This document shows, one piece after another, positions 1-12,260 of a stretch of DNA of 64,000 nt. The DNA lies in the NCBI GenBank assembly GCA_964016885.1, contig OZ024740.1, forward strand, positions 371,070,001 through 371,134,000, written 5' to 3'. This DNA comes from Eledone cirrhosa. Taxonomy: Eukaryota. Numbering within the stretch: the stretch's first letter is position 1; every line of letters begins with the position of its first letter. The translations under genes and the position numbers were made by a program. The notes under the pieces were generated by a model that ran no database searches, was not told where the DNA came from, and was given only the letters and a program-made list of their open reading frames with translations.

Positions 1-1352
1 TTTCCATGCTGGAAGGAGTTGGACGAGCATAAGAGGGGGACTGATTTTCCATGCTAGCAGAAGTTGTTGAATGTGCAAGGTGGAGATGGAGGAAGTGAGC
101 AGATAAATACTAAGGTGAAATACATAGATAAAGGGGGATAGGGGAATATGCAAGATAGAGACATTTATCTAAAAGCTTTCCACTATAATTTCATGTAAAA
201 ACCTTTAAATTATATTTCAAACACTAGCTTAATGATAAAGTTAGTAGTATTGAAAAATCCCTCCAAATTCTTGATTATATGAAAATTATAGCCAGTGATG
301 TCATTAGAATTTTAATGAAAGGGTTAATACCATTTAACTCAATGCCCTCAAGTCACCTCATACACACTAATCTTTATCTGATGCTCTTTGTACCAACCAC
401 ATAACAATTAATCTTGTTGGGTCCAAACTATGAACTTCAGTAAATAAGATATATGTGTGTATATATAATCTAATTATAGTATGGATCCGCTTTTCCGTGC
501 TTGCATGGGTTGGACAGGTCCTTTTCAGCACAGCATATCTCCACACATTGCAATCTTTCATCAGCTCCACTGTGAGTTTCAGCGATTTAAGATCAGCTCT
601 CATCCTCTGTCCAGGTCTTCCTTGGCCTTACTTAAAATTAAATTAATGGCTACAACACACATTTTTGACTAGGAAAAATATTTTATAAATTGGGCATATA
701 AGCCCTTGGAAATAGGAAAAAGTTGACAGCATCACCCATAGGACTCAAACTCACACTTACTGAATACAGTGCTGCTGAGCTTCCATTACACTAGAGGTTA
801 ACCACTCACTCCATTCTGTTTTTAAGCTTTTGTTAGGATAAATGTTTTTTGTTTTACAGCTGGATGTCCCTTTCTATCATTAATTGCTCAACTGAGCAGT
901 AAGAAAGGGACTATTACATAGTCACTCAACTAAACTAGAGTAAGAAGAGTTGTGTGTCTTATTTATATATGCAACACAATGGCTATAGTAAGATTTGAAA
1001 TGACTGCTATTCTTTTATTCTTTTACATGTTTGTCATTTAGTCGATCATGTTGATCCTAGTGCTTATTTTTTTCAAGCCTTGTATTTATCTTACTAATCT
1101 CTTTTTGTTGAACCACTAGTTACAGGACGCACATACACACATATATATAAACAGGTTTATACCATTTCCATCATCCAAATTGCACTCACAAGGCATTGGT
1201 TAATGTGAGGCTATAGTGGAAGGCATTTGCCCAAAATGCCAACTTTATGTTTTAAGTTAGTTAGAAGAGGAGTGACATTGCCCATGACCTTTGAAGCCCC
1301 ACAGTTTGGTGAGATTTGTGCAGAATGGTATGGCTAGTAATGCAGCACATCA

Positions 1353-1715
1353 ACCCCTTTGTTGCTGTATTTCTAATGAAATACACTGCCAAAGTGTATC
1401 AATTAATTTTGGAAATTTGAAGAATTTAATGAGATAAGCCCTTTCATCAGTAAGCTGATGTTTGAAACATTATTTAACAAAAAATCCCGCCGTGGTTGAC
1501 TTTGCCTTTCATCCTTACGGGGTCGATAAAATAAAGTACCAGTAATGCACTGGGTAATTTGCTGGCCTTGTGCCTAACGTAGAAACAATTATTTAACAAA
1601 AAATTTTAAAGTAAAATTCTGATGAAAGATTTTAATATATGTATGAACATTTTAAAATAAGTTATCTATCATAAAACCAGGGCAGTTTCCGGCAGGTTGG
1701 TATCAGAAGCGTTAA
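1353..1715. mobile_element. Degenerate TTAA-type (piggyBac-like) MITE, family 2, interrupted by a SINE
   Basis: Begins aacccctttgttgc and ends ggtatcagaagcgttaa. Internal sequence is shared with copies at about 17050-17270, 20210-20480, 32760-32945, 48225-48437, 56352-56470 and 63120-63325, several of which have ttaaccct...agggttaa ends. Confidence 0.6.
1485..1587 (+). mobile_element. 5'-truncated tRNA-derived SINE with target-site duplication
   Basis: Matches the 3' half of the SINE at 16305-16497. Flanked by the direct repeat attatttaacaaaaaa (1469-1484 and 1588-1603). Confidence 0.85.
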
Positions 1716-2118
1716 CCTCACAACTACTGCTACTCAGAAAATGAATGCTCCAGGTAAAGATCAAACTCACAACTTGCATATTTTGAGGTTGAGATTGAGA
1801 TAATATATTTTAGATATAATAATAATGTGAAAGTTGAAGAGTACCTGACACCTGAAATGGTAGGAGCTAGTTGATACAATTAACCTTCAGAACGTGAATT
1901 TTTTATATGAATTGCCTCCCTTGACACTGCATTATGTATTAAGGGGAGATTACTCTATTGACGCAATTCGTCGCCGACTGCTTTAAAGGTTAAATACCAG
2001 AAATATATTGGGTAAAATTCAATCAACTCTCTCTCTTCAAGAAACATGTTCTAATGTCATAAAAAGAAATACAGTAGACTCACATTTCCTGTAATGAAAA
2101 TGATGGAATAAGAAAAGT

Positions 2119-2352
2119 GGCCCCTTCAGTCATGACTGATCATGGGTTATGTACCCATAACTGACTGACCATGAGGTTACCTCTCATAGGCATAAGACCA
2201 GAAGTTGCCTATACTTGCAACTCTCCTCTCTCCATGCTGCTAATGTTGTCAAAAGGCTGATACAGCTTGGCATCAGTGTTGTTGCAACTCTTTTTGTCCA
2301 ACTTAGTGGAATGAAGCAAAGTGCAATAAAGCACCCTAACCACTCAGCTACA
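2119..2352 (-). mobile_element. Old SINE remnant (second tRNA-derived family)
   Basis: Its right part (gcaactc...aacttagtggaatgaagcaaagtgcaataaag...ccctaaccactcagc) resembles the SINE at 55488-55631. Confidence 0.5.
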
Positions 2353-2762
2353 TACTATAACACTCATATGTGAGCCAACAAAAAAGCCTATGGGTGTTCG
2401 TTCAGCCTACTAGAAGCAGCAACAAAATCTCTCTCAAATTACAACTTACCATTGTAAAAAAAAAGGTGTGGGGGGGGGGGGGGGGGTACAAGTCTTAAAA
2501 AAAAATAGTTGTAATGATGCTTTTCATAATAGGTCTGCTAGATCAGGACTAAAGGACTGAGATAGGGGCTAAGATACTTCAATTTTACTCAAATATATTT
2601 GTATTAGACTACCTAATGGTTGTCTGCTTTTTTTTTTGTCTATACTGGGCCTTTTTATCTGTTTCTCCATTGTGATCCTGTCTCTATTTTGTAAGCGTGA
2701 AACTAATAAGACGTTTTGTACCTCTGTTTGTTGTCTCCTTGTATTGTATATAAACATACACA

Positions 2763-2807
<45 letters not shown>

Positions 2808-3038
2808 AATGAAAAGTATAGAAATTATTGTAGCAAGAAGCCGACAGTATTCCATAATATATAAGTGACTATAGCGTCAAAATGGGAAAATAGTTAACGT
2901 AAGATGTGGGAAAAATAATTCAAACTCAATTCAAAAAGAATCAGGATATAGATTCATCCAACAGAATTTAGTGAAATCTAGATAAAATAAAGTTTAAAAT
3001 ACTCATCCTTCAATTATATATATATATATATATATATA

Positions 3039-3301
3039 CAGTCTGAAACAAATGAGGTCGTGTAGGTGTCACGACAAAAAACATACAGTCCACGCTGTAA
3101 TGTGGCCGTGTAGGTAACACGGTAAAAACCTCCCAGTTCCACACTGTAAATGTTGTTGGTGTTAGGAAGGGCATCCAGCCATAGAAAACCCGCCAGACAG
3201 TCCTATGCGAGCAAGACAACCACTCTTGCCTCAAGTGGGAAAACTCCCGTCCAAACCCATGCAAGCGTGGAATATGGACGTTAAACGATGATGATGATGA
3301 T
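3039..3301 (+). mobile_element. Solo 3' UTR/tail of the PHD-RTE LINE, inserted in (TA)n
   Basis: Near-identical reverse complement of 4297-4562, ending in a (GAT)n tail. Confidence 0.9.
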
Positions 3302-3312
3302 ATATATATATA

Positions 3313-3679
3313 AAGTAAGAATATTTTCGAAACAACGAGTGGGTTTGAAATTATTAGAAATGTAAGCTATCACCGTATTTTGACTAAAGAAATTAAAGAA
3401 ATTATTTAGCCTGATAGTGGGGTTAAGAACCCTCGGAGAAATGGAAAAAGATGAGTATTGATGTACATGGGAGTCGAACCCACATATTTGGTTATCCAGA
3501 CCACTGTGCTACCATTTACATCAACACATCACCCGTCTTTTTCCATTCAAATTAGAAGCTATAAACTTAGTGACTGTAATGTCAAGTAAGAATATTTTCG
3601 AGTGGGTTTGAAATTATTAGAAATGTAAGCTATCGCCGTATTTTGACTGAAGAAATTCAAGAAATTATTTAGCCTGATA
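3313..3679. repeat. Pair of ~100-bp direct repeats (3313-3416, 3584-3679) enclosing a tRNA-like sequence
   Basis: aagtaagaatattttcg...attatttagcctgata occurs twice, with a few substitutions and one short indel. The unit is bounded by (TA)n on both sides. Confidence 0.9.
3459..3530 (-). pseudogene. tRNA-like sequence (72 nt; GGA at the anticodon position), probably a tRNA pseudogene or repeat-borne Pol III unit
   Basis: The minus strand folds into a cloverleaf: acceptor GATGTGT/GTACATC plus A, imperfect D arm, TGGT-CTGGATA-ACCA anticodon arm and GTGGG-TTCGACT-CCCAT T arm (B box GGTTCGACTCC). A T5 run follows shortly downstream. Confidence 0.65.
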
Positions 3680-4236
3680 TATATATATATAATTTTGTTA
3701 ATTAGAGATAAACAAAATATAAATTATTGGCCAAATGAAATTTAAGAGGCATAAGGGTTGGCTAATGACCATAATCAACCCCACCCAGAAAGCAGGCAGT
3801 TATTAATAAAATAATTAAATCCATGCATTAAGTATGATACAACCATAACAACAGCAAATCTTCAGATAAGACCTTGAAATAAAAATAGGAAATCAAAAAG
3901 GTTTAAAGGCAATCGATAAACCATGTCCATAATTATCCATGCTGATGATAGTTTGCATTAACTGGCACATCTGTATTTATCACTTATAAAAACAAAAAAG
4001 TCTCAGTCACATGGTGGGTGGAAAGAGGTTAGCTAAATGGGAAGATTATATATAAATACATAACTGTAGTAGAAAAAAAATAATAAAAAAACCTCTCACA
4101 TACACACAAGCTGGAATATTGATTATAGATTATAGAAACCATCCAAGATTTGCAAGACTGGATATAAAGGACTGTGATTGTGTGTGCATATACATTCATA
4201 TTCATCACCATGTGTGTGCATACAAGTACATATATG

Positions 4237-4296
<60 letters not shown>

Positions 4297-4297
<1 letters not shown>

Positions 4298-5546
4298 CAT
4301 CATCATCCTCATCAACGTTTAACGTCCGTGTTCCACGCTTGCATGGGTTTGGACGGGGGTTTTCCCACTTGAGGCAAGAGTGGTTGTCTTGCTCGCATAG
4401 GACTGTCTGGCAGGTTTTCTACAGTTGGATGCCCTTCCTAACACCAACCACATTTACAGTGTGGGTCTGGGAGGTTTTTACCGTGTTGCCTACACGGCCA
4501 CATTACAGCGTGGACTGTGTGTTTTTTTGTCGTGACACCTACACGATCTCATTTGTTTCGGCCTGGATGGTGTGGCACCAACATAACTTTACATAGAAGG
4601 GGGCGGTGTGGATGGGGTGGGGGTGGTGGGACGGGGGTGTATTTTGTTAGAGATGCCTACTGACTGTAGTAGGTTTTACTTTGTATTTAGGTAAGGCGGG
4701 TCTTCTCTATTACTGAGTACCGCCAAAGGTCTCGGTCCAGTGACATTGTCTTGGTGAGGTGTAAGTGTGTGAGGTCGGAGTTTATCAGCTCGTCCCAGGT
4801 TTTTCTGGGTCTGCCTATTCCGTGGCTACCGTCTATCTTTATTGCCCTGCACTTTGTTATACAGCTATCGTCCTTCATGCGCATCACGTGACCATACCAA
4901 CGTAGCCTTCTCTCTAGTAAACAACATCTGATCCCTCTTATTTCTAATTTTTTCCTTAGTTCGTTTATGCTTTGTCGTTCACGTATATTACTATTACACA
5001 TCCAGCGGAGCATGCAAGCTTCGTTTCTCTCTAGTCTGCGTATATCCTCTGCACACAATGCCCAGGTCTCACTGCCATGCAACATTGCTGTTCGTATGCA
5101 GGCATCGTACAGCCTGCCTTTCATTTTTAGGGAGAACCCTTTAGCGGCTAATAGTGGTATAAGCTCTCTGAACTTTTTCCACCCAGTTCTGACTCTAGCT
5201 ACTGTACTTTCAGAGCACCCTCCCCCACTGCTGATTTTGTCACCCAGGTAACGGAAGCTGTCCACTATTTCTATAGAACCCTCTGCGCAGTTGAAAGAGC
5301 TAGTAGTTTGTGGGCACTTGCTGCTACTTATTGCCCCAGAACACCGGCCACATGTAAAATCTATGTTCTTAGTTAGCTTACCTGTGATCCCACTACATCT
5401 TTTATGCACCCAAACTTTGCATTTGGGACACAAAATGGAATTTCTACCTACGCCTTTCCTACACTCTGCGCATGGCCACTTCCCGGAGGGGACCGCCGCC
5501 TTATTTTCTTTCTTACAAACTAGAACTTTAGTCTTAGCCAGGTTAA
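4297..5546 (-). mobile_element. 5'-truncated RTE-type LINE (RT C-terminal region with embedded PHD finger, 3' UTR, (GAT)n tail)
   Basis: ORF 4687-5595 has NLAKTKV, FRYLGD, AMLHGSETW, RRLRWYGHVMR and GRPRKTW, all typical RTE C-terminal motifs. The frame is uninterrupted, which suggests a young copy. Confidence 0.93.
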
Positions 5547-5852
5547 TGATGACTCCTCCCTCGTTATCGAGTATGGCCATTACATGATATACCATTATTA
5601 ATAATTATTAATTAATTCTATCGTGCAATGCCTGTGCGTGAAGATATTTTTTAAAGTGAGGAAAGACTGTGCCTTCTCCTAGAAGAATGCCCTGACAAAG
5701 GCTAGGGGTCCTTCACTCCCAGTGGTTTAACCTCGCGATCTTGTGTCCAGCCCGACTATTTCTATGTCCCCGTGCATATACACACACATGCACCCATGTA
5801 TATACACATATACATATATATGTACAAGTGTATATACATATTTACACACTTT

Positions 5853-6042
5853 TGGATGGCCGTTGACTCTTATGAGTTCTTCTGCCCTTTGTCAGGTTTT
5901 GTTTTTTGTCCTACAGGGTGTCGAAAATCACCCTCCTCACCAAGTAAACTTGGTGGGGTTGCCGGTTTAGTCGCGGACGACCTGACCATGCGACAGGTTG
6001 TACTGGGTTACATGTTACCAGTAGCACTCAAGAGTGACCCGA
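5853..6042. repeat. Unclassified GC-richer interspersed repeat fragment between microsatellites
   Basis: Abrupt CpG-containing block bounded by (TA/CA)n, resembling a retroelement terminus. No second copy seen in the window. Confidence 0.35.
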
Positions 6043-6067
6043 CATATATATATATATACATATACAT

Positions 6068-6107
<40 letters not shown>

Positions 6108-6371
6108 ACCCTTGTCTTAAGTCATATAGATATTTTTTTGCATGTTGTTTGAGTAGAAATACTCATTCGTATTTAACCATACTGTTTATTTTCTGTTCAG
6201 TTATTTTGTTGTATGCATTTCTCCAGTGCCGAACATTTTGGGGGACACTGTACAACCTGAACCTATGAAATTATATTTCCTGGTGGTTGAAGAGAAGAAT
6301 AGATGCTTGTATTTTTGTTGTTGTTTAAGTCTGTTTGTCCATGTGCATATCTGCTTTTATATATATATATA

Positions 6372-6472
6372 CAGGGTATACACACAAAATGTATACACAC
6401 GTCAACAGCATTCTAATAAATATTGCCTGCACAAGTAATCAAACTGTGTATATATTTTGGGGGTACAACCTG
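6372..6472. mobile_element. Very short Tc1/mariner-type MITE
   Basis: Imperfect terminal inverted repeats cagggtatacacacaaaatgtatacaca / tgtgtatatattttgggggtacaacctg, preceded by TA. Confidence 0.55.
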
Positions 6473-8169
6473 TGTGTGTGTGTAAATGTACGAAGAGGGG
6501 AAAATTACATTTTTGAAATGCAAAAGATACATACCGTCATCAATATAGTTTGTATTGTAGTTTATTTCATTTAATATAATACTTATTATTTAGAAAATGC
6601 CCCCACCAGCTAACTTAATTAAGCAAGATGTGATATGAACCAGTAATAAGCCGAGGCATGACTGAAACAGCCAAGCCCAGCATAGCACTTTAGATGAAAT
6701 TAAAACCTGTACTAATTTTCACATAAATTACTTTATTTCTTTTTATTGACACTCAGACACTCTATAGATTCTAATTATGGTATGTGCAGTGTAGTGAATC
6801 GCGTATGATTAAAAGACAAAACTTATTTTGTGATTGAAGAGTGATATGAACTTGTAATAATATTTAATTTTGCAGTTTATTCACTTTAATACTTATGTAC
6901 AATACTTATATTTGCCAACCTCCACAAAATATATGAATAGACACAGAAATTTTCATTTATTATTTCAGATACACACACAAATACTATTACTGGTGTCAGG
7001 ATAAAATGCACTCACTGAACTCTGTAAATTGGTTGGTGTTAGGAAGAGTATGTAGCTATAGAAACCATTCCAAAAATGGAATGTATAAGCAAGATACCAA
7101 TATAGTCTTAGACCAAGAAAGTCCAGCCAACCCATGTAAGCACATAAAGTGGACTGATGATGATGATGATGCAGTAACAGATTTAACAGACTGGACAAAT
7201 TAATACATTAATGAATAATATTTTAAAAAAATGAAAAATTACTTAAATGGGGTGAACTGAAGATATCAATTCTTAAGATAGAGGGGGGGGGGGGAAGAGG
7301 TAGAGAAAGAGAAGGGGTAAAAAGAGAAAACATAGAGAATGAAAAGAGGAGTACACAAAAAGTATTGGAAAGTTGTGGAATTAAAAGAGTACTGCAAGAA
7401 TAGAAACTGAGAGGTTGTTGATGATGTCATATAGCAGTAGGTTGGTTTGGTGCTGATAGAGCAGACATGAAAACACACGAGTTTTCTCAAGAGAGATTTG
7501 GTTGCTATTTCTAGTATTTCAAATTACTGAAAAACTAAAGAATGTTACATCTGACTCTTGGTTCAATACTGAGAGGTGAAATAGAAAAGGGGAGACTTGT
7601 GAATGTTAAGTTCAAAGGTATGAGTTGGTGGAAGTAGAAAATGTTTTGAAAGTATAAGAATGAGTGAACATATATGTATTTGTATTAAACGATGATGATC
7701 TATTGGTGTCACAATAAAATGTGCCCAATCCAGCTGCAAAATAGTTGGCAGTGGGAAGTGCATCCAACTGTAGCAACCAAGCCAAAATATGGAATGTATA
7801 AGCAAAATGTGGGTTTCTGAATGATGATGACTACTTTTCTAGAAATTTATAATCCTTAAAATGCAAAATTTAATTGATTGATAAAGAAATTGACACTTGT
7901 TCTGATATATGCAAATCAGAGGCCAAATTATAGCTATTTTCTTTAAAATGTGATTCTCCGGTGGAGAGTAGAAAACATGAAAGACACTTCCTACAACTTT
8001 CAAATAATCAACTGGATTTAATAGTGTAACTAATTTTCTTTTGGTGGTCTTATTTGCACCAGTAATATGGTTAGACACAACAAAGGTAGACATGTTGCAT
8101 TGTCCTTCACGTGGGTTAGCAAAGGACGCGTTCAGGCCTTAGGTTAGAGAGGACTGTTCGAAAACTACA

Positions 8170-9362
8170 TTGCAGTTTTCATCTCATGCTACAAAATGTA
8201 CCACCAACCAAATATTCACACTGCTGCAGGTTTTTAAGAAACCATGGAATTACTGCCAAGAGGTGTATGCTTGCTTCGTAGATCTCAAAAAAGACATATG
8301 ACCACGTTCTGCTGTGAAAATTTCTGCAGGAGTATGGGATAGATAGATGGACAGCTTCTTGTTGACTTGATGTCTTTATAGGAATGCCCTAGTTTTTGCA
8401 TTTGGATAAACGGTGCTAAATCGAAACCATTCAATGTGGGAGTCAGACTACACCAAGGGTGCATATTGTCACCTCTCTTGTTCATAATCTTCATGAACTG
8501 GTTTGATATGCACAGCAGATTGGAAGTGGTATCACAACTGGTGGGTTAAGATCAGTTGGCTAGATTTTATGGAAAACGTGGTATTACTTAACTTGTCAGA
8601 AGGTGATCTCTGACATGCACTTGATAGGTTTGATGCTGAGTGTTACATGGCAGGAATGAAAATCAGTGTTACGAAGACTGAGACACTCGTCCTCTCAAGG
8701 AGATCTGCGCAGTGCACTCTACATAAGAGAGGAGTTCCGCTGAAGCAAGTGAAGTTCAAGTATCTCTGGACCATGTTCACGAGCGATGGAAAGCTGGAGG
8801 CCAAATTAAGTGCAAGAATTGCATGAGCTGGTGCAGTAATGTGCCAGCTTCAACATTCATGTAGGTGTAAAAAACAAATTTGCTATCTTCAATAAGGTAT
8901 TTGTGCCAACTATTACCTATGGTTATGAAACTTGGGTAATAACCAAAAGAATATGATTGTGAATACAAATGGTCAAAATTAGGTTCCTCTAAAGGGTCTT
9001 TGGAGTAACGTTACTCAATAAAGTGCGTAATCAGAAAGTCACTCCAGGTCGAGCTGCTATTTTTCCGAATAGATAGATTACAGCTCCAATACTACAGGCA
9101 TGTGGTTAGAATGTCATGGGGCAAAAAAAAAAAAAAAATTGCTAGACAGATTTTACAGGCAAAACCAACCGGCAAGAAACCGAGTGGTAGACCCCGAGCA
9201 AGATGGTTGGATAACATCCATGAGCTCAGCTGGTCCTGCTTGGGGATCAATTTGAGACGGTTGCTTCTGACAGGACTCACTGGAAGGAGTATTTGAGGAC
9301 TTTTCCTCTCCCAACCTTCCCAGGAATAAGTGGGAGGAGGAAGACGATAACAACAACAACTT
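8170..9362 (+). mobile_element. Degenerate RTE LINE, family B (RT domain to 3' end, no PHD)
   Basis: Frameshifted RT motifs TNQIFTL..ACFVDL, GVRLHQGCILSPLLFIIFM, FKYL, TYGYETW, GHVVRM and GRPRARW, ending in a (CAA)n tail. Confidence 0.9.
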
Positions 9363-11189
9363 TTATTATTATCTATCTGGTGCGTGGAGTATAACTTAAA
9401 GGTTCTTTCAGAAAACGATGGAAGCTTTAAAATATACACCTTCTTATCTTAGAAACAGTAAATTTCAGATGTTTTGGTATCAAAAGGGTTAACAAAGATC
9501 TAGTGATGGTAGAAAAGGGCATAGCATTGTGGACAACAAAACCTGAGGTGGATCTTTAAGTGCAGAATTATTTAGAAAATTTATAAATAGATTTATTAAA
9601 GCTGAAGGTCTTCCTACAGGTTTACAATGCTAATGAAAAAAGGTGGTTCTGTTATAATTTAAACAGAGTGAATCTCTGCCTTATGTGCAAATGTTGATAG
9701 TTTGCATTGCCGAGTAAGAAATTGAAGTGTGTGTAAGAGGGTACAACCAACTTGTGAAATTAACCCTAAATCCAGTGTGCCTTCCAACCCACAAACCCAA
9801 TTCAGCTTCCTCACCCATGCCAGCATGGAAAGCTGGGCACTCCCCACAATATAATCCCAGAAGTCATTCATTCTGTTTGAGGCCACCTCTACGACCTGGC
9901 ACTTGTTATCTCACTGTGGGATGGACTTTCCCATCTCTCAGAAAATGTAGCTATCTCTCCCTCTGATTCTCATTTTACATCACTGCCTTCCCAGCCTAGT
10001 CTAAGACACAACTAGTGTCCTAGTGGTGTAATAGGGTAGTATTGTTGCCACAATGAAATGCACCCAGCCCACTGTAAAGTGCCATGATAAAGTTCTCCCA
10101 GTCCACACTGTATTGTGATAGTTCTAGTGCCACAATAAAATGTTCTCAGTACAGGCTGTGAAAGTGATTAGCATTAAGAAGGGCATCCCGTTGTAGAAAC
10201 CAAGCCAAACATGGAACGTATGAGCTGGATGTGGCCACCTGACTGGTCTAACCTCAGCATGTTACAACCTGCCTAACCCATGCACACACAAACAATAGTT
10301 GTAAAATGATGATGATATACATACACATACTAACACATTTGTGTATACAAGGAACAACTTTCTTTCCAGGCATACTATTATAAACACAAATATGTAACAA
10401 TTTTATTTTCATTTTTTTAAAAATATTTATCAACTTTTCACATTTGGAACAATGATGTTGAAATAGTTAAAGGTCCATTTTGGCACTGATGTTTCAAGAC
10501 CTTCATAAAATTAACAATCTAGAGAAAGTTAATAAAAACATGAAGATATAAGCAGCATTTGAATTTTTTTTTTTTTTTTTTTTTTTAACGAGTAACACAA
10601 ATAAATACAACACATCACTATGAAATGCCAGTATAAATGTGTTTTATCAAGCAGATAAGAGTAGCAAGGTTTTAAAATGTCAGAATTACAATGGACCTTG
10701 GAACATTATTATTCCAAACAGAACATAAAGAAGTGTATATTATCACCACCACTACCCATCTACCTCTATCAATGTTTTCAAACATAATCACTACTCACTG
10801 GACAAGCAAAATACAAGTGTGTTATCATAATTTTTATCTTTAAAATACTGTGGGAATTATCTACTTATTATATACTAAAAGTGTATCATATTGTAGATGT
10901 GTGAAAGTTCATGAAGAATTTTACCCACTAAATGAACTCTAGAAAAGCTATGTATACTATCTGTACTATCTTCTGTCCAAGATAGCAATTTTACCTTTTG
11001 ATTTAATGTATGGAGGAAAGAATTGCACTACCCATGAAACTAAAAATAATAATCTTTAAAAAATCTGTTATCCTTTTACTGCTATCAGACATTAAAACCA
11101 AGTTTGGGACACTGTCTTTGATTACATTAACCCCAGTTCTTATCAACTGCAAGACTAACCTGTAATTTAGCAGGGGAAATGGCCTTTAA

Positions 11190-11409
11190 CCCTTTAGCAT
11201 TTGCAATATTCTCTATATACTATTGTATTTTTGCAGTAAAGACTTTATCTTACATAATTATCTCACATAATATCAAATTTATGACATTTTGATATTATTT
11301 ATTTTGAGAACAAAACTTTAACATTGGTATGAGTGGCCAGTTAAGGCCGATTTGAACAGAAGAGGTGACAGAATTCTGGCCAGATACAGCCGGTTTGAAT
11401 GCTAGAGGG
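11190..11409. mobile_element. piggyBac-like MITE, family 1
   Basis: TTAA-ccctttagcatt...aatgctagaggg-TTAA. Inverted relative to the copies at 36319, 42707 and 47464. Confidence 0.85.
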
Positions 11410-12130
11410 TTAAACACTTGTGTTTTTGTTATTGTATTAATTTTATCAATCTCAAAAGAATGAAAGGCAAAGTGGCAATGAATAGGATTTGAACTCAGAA
11501 GAAAGGAGTGTAACTAAATACCACATGGTCTTTTTGTCTGGCACTTGGTTTAACAGACCTCAATTTAATGGGCTGAACAATTAATAATACAATACATTAA
11601 TGAATATTAGAACATTACAAATTACATGGATAAAATGAGCTGAAGATATAAACTTTCAAGAAAGAGGAGGAGAGGAGAGTCAAGGGGAAGAGGAAAGAGG
11701 AGGAAAAGAACTGTAAGTTCTTCAATTAAATTAACCGCAGTACTTATTTTATTGATCTTGAAAAAATGAGATGCAAAGTGGGCACAGACAGAATTTGAAC
11801 TCAGAACATAAAGGGACCTAATTAAATACCACAAGGTGTATCTAATGCTCAATCAAATTATGTCAAACTTGAACAATTTGATACCAATGCACCCCAAACC
11901 ATTCCTGGTTTTATTAAACAAAACCACTCATTTTTTTCCTATTTAAATTAAAATCCTCTAACATAATTTTATAAGAGCCATATGTTAAGCTACTATCTCA
12001 GTAATGAAATAATAATTTTAGTTAATCTCTCAAAATATTTAATGATTTAATTGAAATAGAGTATCTTTCATTAAAAAAAAAATTCTATCACAAAAGGATT
12101 AAATAACTTTTTTCAGTCTCAATGCTCACC

Positions 12131-12260
12131 AACATCGGCGCAGAGTTGGCCACCTGCAGGTGTTAACCTCACGAGCTGGAATGGCTCTTCCAGTGCATCT
12201 CCCTCACCATCCTCCAGAGAAATGCCTCCTCCATTCTGTCTGCCAGAGCCGCCAACACGT
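12131..12260 (+). mobile_element. 3' fragment of a CRE-like (restriction-like endonuclease) non-LTR retrotransposon
   Basis: Translates NIGAELATCRC*PHELEWLFQCISLTILQRNASSILSA, resembling the CRE-clade C-terminal motif LFQRLSxAIQRGNAxSIL. Second copy at 37474. Confidence 0.65.

Noticed and set aside
4687-5595. 302-aa ORF as a host PHD-finger gene
   Set aside because: RTE LINE motifs, a retroposon tail and multiple decayed copies. The first ~16 codons come from flanking non-LINE sequence.
10563-10586. T run of about 24 nt as poly(A) of a processed pseudogene
   Set aside because: No TSD, coding remnant or recognisable parent next to it.
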